Shown: positions 26,231 through 37,373 of the stretch, piece after piece
How the letters are laid out: each line of letters opens with the position of its first letter
How positions within the stretch are numbered: the stretch's first letter is position 1
Origin: Klebsiella phage N1M2
Sequence record: MN642089.1
Reading direction: 5' to 3' (one strand)
Length of the DNA stretch: 64,000 bases
Made by a program: the position numbers and the translations under genes
Notes under the pieces: generated by a model
Database searches by the model: none
What the model was told of the DNA's origin: nothing
The model's input: the letters and a program-made list of their open reading frames with translations, nothing else

Positions 26231-27811
26231 ATGTCTGAAGTTAAACAAGTTAAAGATGATGATTCTGTTGAGCTGGGGACTGTTCTCCAGCTTGCTCCAC
26301 ATACTCCGACTAATAAAGTAGACTCTATTACTCGTGGTAAAGATGGTGAAGAATACATCTCTCTGGATGACGTTTATTCTACTACTGGTCAGGAGTCTTT
26401 CCAGCAAGTAGTTGATAACTGCCGTGCATACATCAAAAACAAACGACTGCACCGTTCAGGGTTTGAAGCTCTCCGTATTTCTGGTGTTGAAGGCTTAGTC
26501 CCAGGTTACGATCGCCTTAATGCCATTCGTGGTGGTGAATCATTTATTGATAGTCTGAAGAAAGGTTTTGTCACTATCATTAAAGCGGTTAAGCGTTTCT
26601 GTCTTGCTGTTATCGATTGGATCATTCTCCGTATCCGTACTCTTCTTGGGTTTGAGAAGACCGAGAAAGAATTAGCTATCGTAGCTGAGTACTCTGATTC
26701 AGTGAAAGCTAAGATCGGTAAACTGTTGGCACTGATGGCCAATGAAGATGGTGTCTCTCTTGACGTTAATGAACTGTTCTCTGGGTTACCTGATAACGTA
26801 AGTAACCAAGATGCTTTCACCATCATTCAGCACAAGAACCGTAATGCCTTAGAACAATCTCAAGCTTTAGTTGGTCTAACTAAAGATCTGGATAAAGCAG
26901 AAGAGATTATTCTGGCAGCTGGCCAGCGTGCTCGTAGTTCTGCTAGCCGTTATCAAATGGCTACTCGTAAACTCGAACAAGCCTTCAAGAACAAAGACAG
27001 CTTTAACGAGTCTGACATTCTTGAATATCGCCATGCCCTGGATCGTGAGATTCTGGAAGAGTTGGATGCGAAACCTCTGACTGACATGGTTAGTGATATT
27101 GTCAGTAAAGCATGGGGTATTGACCTCGGTGATATCGGTATTGAAAGTAACTTTAAGGCAAGCATGGAGAAAAACCGTGAAGCCATCCAAGCTACTGTCA
27201 AAGTCCGACTGAATGAAGAGTTCTACGAAGAGTATCGGAAGATCTCTAGTCAGCTCTCTAGAGTTCTGATGAGTGCTTCTAAACGTCGTTATGATGCTAA
27301 TCAGTTAGCTAATCTGAAATCTCTCATTGAAGTTAAAGATGCTGAACTGATTCAGGCTATTGATGCGTTTGCACCAGGGTCAGGTATTCTTACTGCTACC
27401 TATTCCACTTATTCTGGTTTGATCACTCGTTACATCAGTCAGCTTGAATATCTGGTTACACTAGTTTCTCAGATTCGTCGTTCTATTGCAGGTATCGTCA
27501 ACTGGTCTAATAAAGTTGATAAACTGATGTTGGCTTATATTAGTCGCGATATCAAAAATATCCTGGAAACTGAATCAGAGGTTCTCCCTCCAGCAGGTAT
27601 TGATGCTGTTCGTGCTGAAGATAGTGGTGAACGTAAACGTTCAACTCTGGATATCGATTATGATGCTTTGTTCATTAACAAGCATCCTAAACTCTCAGGT
27701 ATTCTGGAAGCATGGCGTGGTCAGACAATGAACTTCCGTAAGAAGAACATTGGGATCATCAATACCATCAACGAAGAACTGAAAAAGATCGGTATCACAA
27801 GAGGCATTTAA
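26231..27811 (+). CDS. hypothetical alpha-helical protein (526 aa)
   Basis: Long ORF, helix-favouring composition, strong codon bias. Confidence 0.6.
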   Translation: MSEVKQVKDDDSVELGTVLQLAPHTPTNKVDSITRGKDGEEYISLDDVYSTTGQESFQQVVDNCRAYIKNKRLHRSGFEALRISGVEGLVPGYDRLNAIRGGESFIDSLKKGFVTIIKAVKRFCLAVIDWIILRIRTLLGFEKTEKELAIVAEYSDSVKAKIGKLLALMANEDGVSLDVNELFSGLPDNVSNQDAFTIIQHKNRNALEQSQALVGLTKDLDKAEEIILAAGQRARSSASRYQMATRKLEQAFKNKDSFNESDILEYRHALDREILEELDAKPLTDMVSDIVSKAWGIDLGDIGIESNFKASMEKNREAIQATVKVRLNEEFYEEYRKISSQLSRVLMSASKRRYDANQLANLKSLIEVKDAELIQAIDAFAPGSGILTATYSTYSGLITRYISQLEYLVTLVSQIRRSIAGIVNWSNKVDKLMLAYISRDIKNILETESEVLPPAGIDAVRAEDSGERKRSTLDIDYDALFINKHPKLSGILEAWRGQTMNFRKKNIGIINTINEELKKIGITRGI

Positions 27812-27812
27812 A

Positions 27813-28466
27813 ATGCAGAAAGAAGAAATTATTGCGCTTCTTGACCAACTGTATCTCGACCAAGAGAAATATAATAAATTCACTGATTATGTAAGTGACT
27901 TTGTTTCTCAACCACGTTGTAAGAAAGGGATCATCTCCTTCATTGAAGATATCTTTAACTTACCTGAGATCGCTGGCAAGAACCAACTCGCTATTCAATT
28001 GTTGTCTTCCAAGACTACTGGTAACTCCTTAAAAGCAGCTGACTTTATTTTCAGTCATCCTGTTACTAAGGGATATAATAAAGCATTGGTTGATGCTCGT
28101 TTAATGATCATGACCAAGATCGCTGAATATATCCTGGAGATGTCGAAACGTATTCAGGAGACGACTCTCGAAGATCGCCCAGAGCGTCAGGTGTATCTAC
28201 GCCGTGCAGTTGCACGTCTGATCACTGCTACCAGTTATAGTCTGCAGACTTCGATTACTGCTGAACAGTGGGCTGAAGTTGAACCATACAAATGGACCAA
28301 CTACCTTACCACCACACTGGAAGAATTAACCGACGCTATTAAAAATGAAAAGCGTATTGTTGAATGGTCCGACACCACCTATGCTGGTATGGAACTTGAC
28401 AACCTTCACGTTATTCGTTCACTTAGCTCGTATCTGGATTACCTGGAAACCTTCTTAGTGTTCTAA
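27813..28466 (+). CDS. hypothetical protein (217 aa)
   Basis: ORF directly abutting the previous stop; followed by the bidirectional terminator 28476..28507. Confidence 0.55.
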   Translation: MQKEEIIALLDQLYLDQEKYNKFTDYVSDFVSQPRCKKGIISFIEDIFNLPEIAGKNQLAIQLLSSKTTGNSLKAADFIFSHPVTKGYNKALVDARLMIMTKIAEYILEMSKRIQETTLEDRPERQVYLRRAVARLITATSYSLQTSITAEQWAEVEPYKWTNYLTTTLEELTDAIKNEKRIVEWSDTTYAGMELDNLHVIRSLSSYLDYLETFLVF

Positions 28467-28475
28467 ACAAACATA

Positions 28476-28507
28476 CTCCCTACCCTTCCTTACGGAGGGG
28501 TAGGGGG
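28476..28507. terminator. bidirectional terminator (CTCCCTACCCTTCC-UUAC-GGAGGGGTAGGGGG)
   Basis: 14-bp stem with two U-G pairs, between convergent genes. Confidence 0.55.
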
Positions 28508-28513
28508 ATATGA

Positions 28514-31501
28514 TTAGTTCATGTTTTCAGGCATGTGACGTTTGAACTGAATATCGATATCTTCTTTAATAGAGAGATAACGGTCAGCAGTTTGGTCAAT
28601 AACTTTACGTACAGAGAAACCGTTAGTGGTATCAACGTTAGTGATAATATCAATTGGGGAAGTACCCGCAGAAGAAGTTACTTTAACATCAATAACATCA
28701 CTACCACCTGCAGTCTTAAGTTCAGTAATAGCTTCACTGACACTAACTGTATCATTACGCAGTATAGTGTTAAGAATGCGATGAGTTGCAATAACCAGGT
28801 TATCTTTAAGGTTCTGGTTACGCAGACCTTCTCTGGTAAGCGAGTATACAACAGTAAATGACAGATCCGTTTTGAGCATACGTTCGATTGCTTCGTTGAT
28901 AACGCAACGAGTATAACCCATAGTAGAACGTGGTTTGAATACTAGACGAGTTTCATCCAAGGTAATCTTGTTGAATTCATCCAACTGAGAGATGACTTCA
29001 TCAACAAAGAAGTCATCAATACGGTCCATGTAGTCAGTATCGTATTCATCCTGAGAAACCATGTAGTTAAAGTCGAAACCGATGAAGTCGAAGTAATACA
29101 ACATCTTGCGTGGTTCCAACATGACAGGGTTACCCAAGTCATCATAAACTGTTTGACCCTTAGTAAACTTCCATACCGGTTTGCCATCAGGAGTGAAGCG
29201 TTGTTCACCTTTCTTATGGAGAATGATTGGAAGATTAGTTTTAGGATCAATAACCAATTGCTGCATTGGTTTGCCGTTCACAATCACAGTTTCATACTTG
29301 TATTCTGTTTCTTCATATACAGAAGGAACGTTGGTAGTATATTTCTTATACTGAGCCAAACCAGTGATTGGACGAATACGAGTATAAAGAGATTTCAACT
29401 GACGTCCAAATTCAAGCACGTAATCAGTTTCAATCATGGAGATCGTTGTTGACTTAAACAGAGACTGATCGATCTTCATATCAGAAGCTGATTTCAGCTC
29501 TAAGTTTTTACCGCTATAAGTAAAGATAAAGTTAGCAGTAGTTCCCAGATCAACATAGGTCTTTTCTTGTTCACGACCAAACTGGTTAAATCCACCCAGA
29601 TCAATCTGATCGTTGGAGTCGACATCAAACCGAGTAGGCAATGTGAATTTAAAGATACGTTCACCGTCTTTTGTTTTGCCCATGTATTGCGCACGGGTAG
29701 TTGCTGGTGACGTTGTACCGGTTGGTGTCAAGCTAAGCTGAATACCCAATTGGTTATCTGGGATATTCTTATACGCATCACTAGACTGGGTTCTGATTTC
29801 AATCTCGTAAGCCGTATCAGTGGCTTTAACATTAATAGCACCCACCCCTACCTGAACACCCAAATTAACGTTTTCAAAACGGAAGGTCTGATAACGAATG
29901 TTAGGTTTAGACAGTCGATAGATGCGACAAGCCACTCGATCCTGAGTTGTGTCGATAACATATGCAAATGGGTTATAACACATTGTCTTATTTGCCAAGG
30001 CGTCGATCTTACCTTGGTTAGACATATTCATTAATGTATTATAATCATTCTTAACAACCAGGAATGGTGTTTGGTTAGTGATATCAAAAACAGAACGCGC
30101 TAACAAAGTCACACGTTTACCGTTATCAATACCCCAGCCAGTACCAATCATATTTTCAAGAGAGGTAGTTAAAGAACCCACATGTGTGCCGATAGAACTG
30201 TTAAAGCGAGCTACTGTATCATCCTGGTACAGTTTATCATCTTGCAGAGGTAAGTTCTTGGTAACGCGATACAGACGACTAGTGACCTGGTCAATTGACT
30301 TAACAGACGAATAACCATTTTCCAGCAAGAACTGGGAAACGTCAGAGTTACTCACTGGAATCAAACGACGACGGTGACCATAGATCTGTTGTTCCTTCAA
30401 TTGCGCAAATGGCATTGAGTTACGACCACCGGTAATAGGTTCAAGCGAATCAATCAACACATCGTTAATAGAACGGAATGGAGCTTCATACTGATTCAGC
30501 TTACCTTTATCGTTATTGTAGTTGTAATACTCGGCACTATGGTACTGAGCTTTCAACGTAGTCAAGTCACGATAGTATTGACCTTTGGTGGTATAAACCA
30601 AAATGGTAATACGACCAATACCGGTCCCATTCTGAACATACACGGATGGAAGAGAAGCAACAAAGCTACCCGTACCCAAATCAGTGGTACCGTTAGTATC
30701 CTGCAGATCAATGGTCAGTGTTGGTTGAATAGGATCATAAATATCGTTATTGAATACGACAGCCATTTCATTGCGAATGTTAGTTCCTTCAGGTGTTATA
30801 AAGGCACGTACCGCATAAAGGCTATCTGAGAACTGAACTTGTTCACGGAAACCAGAAGACTGGTTGACCGGGCGGTTAGGTAGTTCAGTAATTTCCAATT
30901 GACGGAGAGGCAGATGAATAGAGAGATATTGACGACGATCAATATTCAAGTAATCAACATCTGGTGTATTGGAGCTTAAAGGGTTCAAAGGAGATTGGCG
31001 AGCAACGTCATAAACAACCTGATATCCACCATGATCCATTACTCGAATCTCAACCGGGTTTTCCAGCAAGAAAGGAATGTCTGCAATAGTGAAGCGAGTA
31101 TCACCTGGGATAACTAATTTACGATAAGAGTTATCAAGATTACCACTTGGTTCATTAAAGCGAACTGAATAACGATCCAGTGATTCTTCACTAATAATGA
31201 AACGAATTGCCGTTTGAGATGGATCAGCAAATACACCATACCAATCTTCATCCGACATTACCTGAGCAAGGTCAGAAATGTTTCTGGCATGTACTGCATA
31301 ACTTCTTGCTTCAGAATCACCCAGTCTCGAAATGAAACCAAAGTTAGTTCCAACTACCAGATCGACCATATAGCTAAATGGATGACCTGAACCATTAAGA
31401 GTACCAAAACCCTGATCGAACGATGCTTCAATATCGTTAAAGATAGTTGAGATTGCACGAGCAGGGTTATTGGCTGTACGATTTAACTCATCGAAATCCA
31501 T
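28514..31501 (-). CDS. large hypothetical protein, likely a virion structural component (995 aa)
   Basis: 3-kb minus-strand ORF with coding-like codon usage; first gene after the bidirectional terminator. Confidence 0.7.
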   Translation of the reverse strand: MDFDELNRTANNPARAISTIFNDIEASFDQGFGTLNGSGHPFSYMVDLVVGTNFGFISRLGDSEARSYAVHARNISDLAQVMSDEDWYGVFADPSQTAIRFIISEESLDRYSVRFNEPSGNLDNSYRKLVIPGDTRFTIADIPFLLENPVEIRVMDHGGYQVVYDVARQSPLNPLSSNTPDVDYLNIDRRQYLSIHLPLRQLEITELPNRPVNQSSGFREQVQFSDSLYAVRAFITPEGTNIRNEMAVVFNNDIYDPIQPTLTIDLQDTNGTTDLGTGSFVASLPSVYVQNGTGIGRITILVYTTKGQYYRDLTTLKAQYHSAEYYNYNNDKGKLNQYEAPFRSINDVLIDSLEPITGGRNSMPFAQLKEQQIYGHRRRLIPVSNSDVSQFLLENGYSSVKSIDQVTSRLYRVTKNLPLQDDKLYQDDTVARFNSSIGTHVGSLTTSLENMIGTGWGIDNGKRVTLLARSVFDITNQTPFLVVKNDYNTLMNMSNQGKIDALANKTMCYNPFAYVIDTTQDRVACRIYRLSKPNIRYQTFRFENVNLGVQVGVGAINVKATDTAYEIEIRTQSSDAYKNIPDNQLGIQLSLTPTGTTSPATTRAQYMGKTKDGERIFKFTLPTRFDVDSNDQIDLGGFNQFGREQEKTYVDLGTTANFIFTYSGKNLELKSASDMKIDQSLFKSTTISMIETDYVLEFGRQLKSLYTRIRPITGLAQYKKYTTNVPSVYEETEYKYETVIVNGKPMQQLVIDPKTNLPIILHKKGEQRFTPDGKPVWKFTKGQTVYDDLGNPVMLEPRKMLYYFDFIGFDFNYMVSQDEYDTDYMDRIDDFFVDEVISQLDEFNKITLDETRLVFKPRSTMGYTRCVINEAIERMLKTDLSFTVVYSLTREGLRNQNLKDNLVIATHRILNTILRNDTVSVSEAITELKTAGGSDVIDVKVTSSAGTSPIDIITNVDTTNGFSVRKVIDQTADRYLSIKEDIDIQFKRHMPENMN

Positions 31502-31509
31502 AATTTACC

Positions 31510-32595
31510 TTACGCTGTTTTAGGGACCCACCAGGTCAGCTTGATACCAGTACGTAGTGCAGTCCTACCACCTTCACCCTTTACTTCACCTTGGCGTGGG
31601 AGTAATAAAGGATAAGCTCCATAGTTGTAGGGGATGTACTCCTTGGCATTCAGCTCACGGAAATACGTATTTCGCATTTCTGGTCTGAGTCTTGGGTTAT
31701 ACATAAATGAATGTTCATTGAAGGACTGGATTAGTCCCCACTCATCAAATCTCATACCCACTGAAGCGAACTGGATGGTAAAGTCATCCTGACCTTCACC
31801 ACGCAAAGTGTTGGAGGTATTATCGATATCAGCAATGGAACCTGCTGGATAAGTAACAGGTATGGATTGAACGGTGGCAAAGATATGTTCCAGATACTCA
31901 GTATCTTTGTTCATTATCAAGTGATAGATACGACAGTCATAATCTATACGGTTAGACATTAAGTACCAATCTCTAGGTGTTACTTGCCGGTCACCAGAAA
32001 CAACTTCAGAAATATAGTCTTCCCAGATTTGGAATAGACCTTGTATAACTGAAGGTTTGGGGTTGAAGTAAGTTTGGTTGATAGTGAATGCACTGTTATC
32101 TTCCAGCTTACTAGAGACTCGTTGGTAAACCTGTTGACGCAAACCTGGATCAGTTGTATCTATTTGGAGTTGTAAATCTCCGAATCCTGTAGAGGTTTTA
32201 AGATATTCTGTCAGGCACGTAATAAAAGGCATTTGGTTATCAAGAGCAACATTGGGATTACTTGCAGCCCAACGCTCATCCAACATCCCTCTTATATATC
32301 CCGACATACTGTATTGGCTAGCACCATATAAGCTAACTAATTTTTCTGAACGACTAATATTGTCATCGGTCAAATTGAGTTGCGGACGGGTCACAAGGGC
32401 CAATCCTATGGTGTTATCGGCCAGAGGCATCATTGCCGGGCCTTTACCAAGTATCCTTAGTCCTCTTAAGGAATTGATAAGTGGTGAAGTATAACCAGGT
32501 GAAGTACCCATCAAAAGGCTAGCGTCAAAGATCTCTCTGCGCTTTTCTAGGTTCTCCCCTGAATAATTTGTAAAATTATTTTCATCTTGATCCAT
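31510..32595 (-). CDS. hypothetical protein (361 aa)
   Basis: Minus-strand ORF immediately upstream of 28514..31501; its start is only 26 nt from the divergent + gene. Confidence 0.6.
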   Translation of the reverse strand: MDQDENNFTNYSGENLEKRREIFDASLLMGTSPGYTSPLINSLRGLRILGKGPAMMPLADNTIGLALVTRPQLNLTDDNISRSEKLVSLYGASQYSMSGYIRGMLDERWAASNPNVALDNQMPFITCLTEYLKTSTGFGDLQLQIDTTDPGLRQQVYQRVSSKLEDNSAFTINQTYFNPKPSVIQGLFQIWEDYISEVVSGDRQVTPRDWYLMSNRIDYDCRIYHLIMNKDTEYLEHIFATVQSIPVTYPAGSIADIDNTSNTLRGEGQDDFTIQFASVGMRFDEWGLIQSFNEHSFMYNPRLRPEMRNTYFRELNAKEYIPYNYGAYPLLLPRQGEVKGEGGRTALRTGIKLTWWVPKTA

Positions 32596-32621
32596 ATATA
32601 AACCTCGAACGGAGCATAGTA

Positions 32622-33710
32622 ATGATTCCTCAAATTCTTACCTTTGGGCCCATGATCGCCCAACTCGCCAAAAGCTTTGGCGCTAATAAGGATAAGGCAG
32701 ACGCAGCCAAAACGATGTTGGAAGGTGCTGCCGCGACATATGATGTCCTAAAAACAGGTAGCATTTCCCAGTCCGCTGGTAAAACCCTTATCGCCCCGAT
32801 GGTGGCTATTGAAGACACATTGATTCACCAGGAATACATGGCTGACTTAATGCAAGTTGTCAATATCCGCGATATCAAAGATACCTTAACTCACTTGTCC
32901 ATGCAGGGTGAAGTAAATGGTATTAAAATCAGCCAACTGGTAGATTCTATCAACCCACGTCGTGCTGGTCTGTTGTCTCTGGCTGGTGCTGAAGCTTTCG
33001 GCGCACCTGCAACCAAATCAGGTAAACAGGGTAATCAGGTAGTTGAAGGTCGTGTTACCGTTAATGGCAAACAAATGGCTGACCTGACCGAATACCAACC
33101 TCTTGCAGTTGGTCGTACCGTTGAAGCTTCCGTTTATATCGATGGTCACAACGTCACCTTCCCGCTGAACTTCCGTCAAATTCCAGTACCAGTCTCTGCA
33201 AATGATCTTCAAACGATCTTTGAAGCAGCTCGTCCAGAAGACGGTATGTACGCTCGTTTCATGATGTGGCGTGCTGGTGAGATCACCGGACCTGAGTTCC
33301 TGATGGGTACTGATGAAATCAAACGTGAATTCAATATCCGTAAAGATGACCTGTCTGGTTATTATGCTGAAGCTAACGCACGTGCAGAGAAAAACCGTAT
33401 CGCTTCCCTGCGTACTGGTGTAATGTCAGTAAACACCGAAGCTAACACCATCATCATGTCCGCCGATACCGCTCGCAACATCGAACTGGAATTGGGTGTT
33501 TCCTTTGATTCCAAAGGTATTGCTAAGATCCGTAAATCGGTGCTGGCAAATACCATTATTGTTGTAGATGACGGTATGGGCATCTTTACCTTCTATTCTT
33601 CTGCGACCTCTCGTCCTGAAGTCTATACTCGTCGTGAAATCACCGTGACTGCCAAGAAGGATACTTCTCTGGACCTGGCGTCTCTCATGAAAATGTTTAA
33701 CGGGCGTTAA
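32622..33710 (+). CDS. hypothetical protein (362 aa)
   Basis: ORF with a GGAG RBS 7 nt upstream; strong codon bias. Confidence 0.6.
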   Translation: MIPQILTFGPMIAQLAKSFGANKDKADAAKTMLEGAAATYDVLKTGSISQSAGKTLIAPMVAIEDTLIHQEYMADLMQVVNIRDIKDTLTHLSMQGEVNGIKISQLVDSINPRRAGLLSLAGAEAFGAPATKSGKQGNQVVEGRVTVNGKQMADLTEYQPLAVGRTVEASVYIDGHNVTFPLNFRQIPVPVSANDLQTIFEAARPEDGMYARFMMWRAGEITGPEFLMGTDEIKREFNIRKDDLSGYYAEANARAEKNRIASLRTGVMSVNTEANTIIMSADTARNIELELGVSFDSKGIAKIRKSVLANTIIVVDDGMGIFTFYSSATSRPEVYTRREITVTAKKDTSLDLASLMKMFNGR

Positions 33711-33712
33711 TA

Positions 33713-34597
33713 ATGATCATTATCTCAGAAACTCCAAAACTGGACGTACTGATTGCCATTGATACTGAAATGGCTACGGTAGCTGGTCTGCGTGATACCA
33801 TCGATCTGTTGAAAGATGGCGATCCAGAAAACATGAAGCTGGCTGAAGAAGCTGTACAGAAGAACGCTGTTCTGCGTGGTATCGAAAACGATCTGAAACG
33901 TACGCTGTCGCCTTCTGTTACTTTCCTTAGCGCTATTGAAGATGCTCTGGATCAATTGAACCTGTGGCTTCCTAAGCTGCGTGAACGTATCGCTAAATCT
34001 CCAACTAAGATTTACGATAAAGAAACTATTACGTTCCGTGAAAAAGGTGTGCTGGATACTGTCTCTAGCATTAACTTCTGGAACCGTTATGCTACTATGG
34101 CTATCGACATTATTATCGATCAAGCCACTAAACAGCAAGACGTTTCTAAGCTGCTGACCAAAGTTGATCTTCAGTTCTTCAATGACACCCCTAAATACTT
34201 CGGTCATCTGACTGTTAAGTTCTCTGACTCCATCAAGAATCTGGAAACGATGATTGATAACCTGTCTGATGAAACTTACGATGAGATCTCTGAACAGGTT
34301 ATTGAAGCCGCATCTGGTATCGATTCTGTTTCAGTACAGAAGAACCTGGCACCACACCAGCTGAACCCGCTGCACTGGTACAAAATGCGCCGTATGCGTA
34401 AAGACATCAACAAGATCCAATCTAACGTTGAAAGCATTAACATGCTGGCAATGAAGATTGCTCGTCTGAACAACCGTCGCAATGGTTCTGAAGATCCATC
34501 CCTGGATCGCCAGATCGAAACTTACCAGGACGCTATCATTAAGAAACGCGCCCAGAACATCGCAATCGAGGCTAAGTATAATGGCGACAGAGTTTAA
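33713..34597 (+). CDS. hypothetical protein (294 aa)
   Basis: ORF; TAATAATG junction with the previous gene. Confidence 0.6.
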   Translation: MIIISETPKLDVLIAIDTEMATVAGLRDTIDLLKDGDPENMKLAEEAVQKNAVLRGIENDLKRTLSPSVTFLSAIEDALDQLNLWLPKLRERIAKSPTKIYDKETITFREKGVLDTVSSINFWNRYATMAIDIIIDQATKQQDVSKLLTKVDLQFFNDTPKYFGHLTVKFSDSIKNLETMIDNLSDETYDEISEQVIEAASGIDSVSVQKNLAPHQLNPLHWYKMRRMRKDINKIQSNVESINMLAMKIARLNNRRNGSEDPSLDRQIETYQDAIIKKRAQNIAIEAKYNGDRV

Positions 34598-35111
34598 GCA
34601 TCTTAAATTCGGTTTGGTTCCATCCTCGTTCGATACAGCTACTCTTGAAAACTCAGAAACCATCATTAAAGCTTTCCTGGCACAATTTGCTAGTTTCAAG
34701 CTGATGGATGATGCAAGCGCTCATGCTGAGATCTTTGTCACCACTCGCCGTTATATCGGTAGCGACTTCCGTAATTGGTTGATCGTTAACTTCCGTAATG
34801 GCGGTGGTGCTCGTAAAGAACTGTGTCGGAAAATCGTTGGTTGGATTGGCGGTCGTTTATCTGAACGTACTGTGCTTAACCAACTGGGGATCGATATCAA
34901 CTCCCTTAAAGGTACTTCGGTACGTAATGAGCCAATTAAGACCTCAGTGATCTACAATGAGTACGACGCTGCTCGCGATCATTTCAAAGTCGAGAATGTT
35001 GACTTCTCCATTATTGAAGATCGTCACTTGTATGATTTCCTGGCACTGATTGGTCCAGAACTGGCAGCTAAATTCTGCTTAAGTTTGGATGGTATCTACT
35101 ATGACCGATAG
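34581..35111 (+). CDS. hypothetical protein (176 aa from the ATG at 34581)
   Basis: ORF-track start 34482 overlaps the previous gene by 116 nt; ATG at 34581 has a GAGG RBS and overlaps it by only 17 nt. Confidence 0.5.
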   Translation: MATEFKHLKFGLVPSSFDTATLENSETIIKAFLAQFASFKLMDDASAHAEIFVTTRRYIGSDFRNWLIVNFRNGGGARKELCRKIVGWIGGRLSERTVLNQLGIDINSLKGTSVRNEPIKTSVIYNEYDAARDHFKVENVDFSIIEDRHLYDFLALIGPELAAKFCLSLDGIYYDR

Positions 35112-36384
35112 TAATGCTAATAACGTTATTAACGATCTGAAGATGGCCGAGATCTCCTTGGCCAAAGTTCCTAACATCGAACAGCTCGCAACTGACGCTA
35201 AAAGTGTTATGGAAAACTTCAGAACAAATATTAATATCAAAGAACAAGTTGAGAATGCGCTGGACACTATTGAACAGCGCAGTGACTATCAGCTTGATCT
35301 CGGTACTGTAGCTGAAGTAGATCAGGTCATTAGTAAATACTCCAATGTGGTTGTAAAGGACGGTACTCCATTAATTAGTGGAACAGAGGCATTCGGTTTA
35401 ACACTTATGCCTTCTGAGTGGCGTTCTACTCGTGCAGCTGCATTGAGAGAAATCCTGAGCGAGACTTATAAGAATATCAAACGTTGGGCTAACCAACTGT
35501 CTGATAACTTCCAAACTCGTTGGGTTGAACTGATGACAACTACCGATGTTTTAGAAAGTCGTTTAGAGTCTCTAGACGCCACTATGGACATCGTTACCAA
35601 TATTGTTGACGGAACTACATCTTTAGAGTTAAATGAGCTTATAGCTCGCTCTATCTCCAAAAATGGCCGTGTTCTGACTGGAGATGTTGGTAAGTCACTT
35701 CAAGGTGAGATTAATTACATCCTACTGTGTCTTCGTGCATGGGAAATGGAACAGGTTAAATTCAAGAACTCTGTTATCCGTTATTTTGGTAATGAGCGTA
35801 ATAAAGACATTACCGATATCGTACGCGAACTACCTAAGTTGTTTGACCAGCGTAATAAACTGGAAGATGACAACCAGGGAATGCTGACCAGTAAACTCAC
35901 CCGCCCTATGTTAGACGATTATGCTTTTGAAGGCATTACTCTTGAACCTAGCTGGATTAAGAGTAATATTAAATCAGAAGCTGATAACACCACTTATGCT
36001 GATGCGCTTTCCTATACCGGTTATCGCGTTAAAGCACCGAGTGACAAAAGTCGTGTAGGGAAGACTACAGTTCCGGTAATGCCATTGTCTCAAATGTATG
36101 TCATTCGTGACTCCATCGAGGCGATCATTAACAAACTGAAGAATATGAACGTTGAAGATGATCCGGTGAACTTCAATCCAGATGACGTCAAAGATGTCCT
36201 GAATACCTTGAAGAATTCTCCAACCACCGAAGATCAACGCGCATACCAATACGGTTTGATCACTGCTGATTATCAGTATGACGTTAACCAGTTCAAAACG
36301 CAGACTTCTAATATGCTGACTGTTCTGGCTAGTCATCTCATCACCATGTTAAATCAACATCTGGGATGTTACAATGTCGAGTAA
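35089..36384 (+). CDS. hypothetical protein (431 aa), helical/coiled-coil-like
   Basis: ORF; alternative ATG at 35101; overlaps the neighbours by a few codons. Confidence 0.6.
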   Translation: MVSTMTDSNANNVINDLKMAEISLAKVPNIEQLATDAKSVMENFRTNINIKEQVENALDTIEQRSDYQLDLGTVAEVDQVISKYSNVVVKDGTPLISGTEAFGLTLMPSEWRSTRAAALREILSETYKNIKRWANQLSDNFQTRWVELMTTTDVLESRLESLDATMDIVTNIVDGTTSLELNELIARSISKNGRVLTGDVGKSLQGEINYILLCLRAWEMEQVKFKNSVIRYFGNERNKDITDIVRELPKLFDQRNKLEDDNQGMLTSKLTRPMLDDYAFEGITLEPSWIKSNIKSEADNTTYADALSYTGYRVKAPSDKSRVGKTTVPVMPLSQMYVIRDSIEAIINKLKNMNVEDDPVNFNPDDVKDVLNTLKNSPTTEDQRAYQYGLITADYQYDVNQFKTQTSNMLTVLASHLITMLNQHLGCYNVE

Positions 36385-37336
36385 TGACTTTCGTCAAGCT
36401 CAACGTGATTTAACCAAACAGCTACACACTGTGGAGGGATGTGAATCCCTCCTCGGTGACGCTTATTCAAAGGTTAAAGAAGCTGGAGCTACCATTAGTA
36501 AAAGTGTTGCTAATAAAGCTATTGATGCCACAGCAAGTGGTTTAAAGCGTGCAAACACTGAGCTAATTAAATTGGTAGGATCTCGTCGTTTGTTTATCTC
36601 CCATATCTTTAGTAAAGCCAAAAAAGATGACCGGGCACAGATTGAAGTTACATTTCCTAAAACTCTATTGAGCAAGATTACTCGTGACGGTAATCCCGAT
36701 GACATCATTCCTTCTGTTGATGTCCTGAGTAGAAATGTGGATTCTATACTGAAGTACGGTAAAGAACTCGAAGGCTATTATGCTAAAGAGCTAGAGATTC
36801 TCAAAGGCATCGAGAAAATTAAAACCACAGAAGACGCAGCCAGATTAGTCAACCGGCTGGAAGAGTTACGGTATCCAACAATGAAGTTGAATAACCAAAG
36901 TAATTCTATGTCTCAAAGTGAGTGGTTGCCAGGTGGATATGCGTTTGGTTTCAATTCTGAAACAGGGTCTATTACCTTTGTTGAAGATGAGGAATTCGCA
37001 ACGACTGAGATTGAAGATAACTTTACAGTAGCTGACATTAAGACACTTCTGACTAAGTTAAATACTTTGACCTCACATTACCAAGACGCCTCAAAGTTAT
37101 CCAATAGTTATGTGAATCATTTAAAAACCTTCAATACTGTGGTGGTTAAATCATTCAAACATTTGGACTCTCTTAAAGGTGAGATCTCAACTAGTTTGTT
37201 GAATGATCTCAAGGACCGTCTGAATGGAGACCAACTAGTCTTTACATTCTTTGTCGGATCTTTGCCAAAAGTAATGGTTCGCCTCGACGATTATGTGGAT
37301 ACATTGTCGTCCTACTTAAGTAAACAATTTAATTAA
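36374..37336 (+). CDS. hypothetical protein (320 aa)
   Basis: ORF overlapping the previous gene by 11 nt. Confidence 0.55.
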   Translation: MSSNDFRQAQRDLTKQLHTVEGCESLLGDAYSKVKEAGATISKSVANKAIDATASGLKRANTELIKLVGSRRLFISHIFSKAKKDDRAQIEVTFPKTLLSKITRDGNPDDIIPSVDVLSRNVDSILKYGKELEGYYAKELEILKGIEKIKTTEDAARLVNRLEELRYPTMKLNNQSNSMSQSEWLPGGYAFGFNSETGSITFVEDEEFATTEIEDNFTVADIKTLLTKLNTLTSHYQDASKLSNSYVNHLKTFNTVVVKSFKHLDSLKGEISTSLLNDLKDRLNGDQLVFTFFVGSLPKVMVRLDDYVDTLSSYLSKQFN

Positions 37337-37373
37337 ATCGTTTTAACTCTTTCTATAGAAAAAGGTATTAACT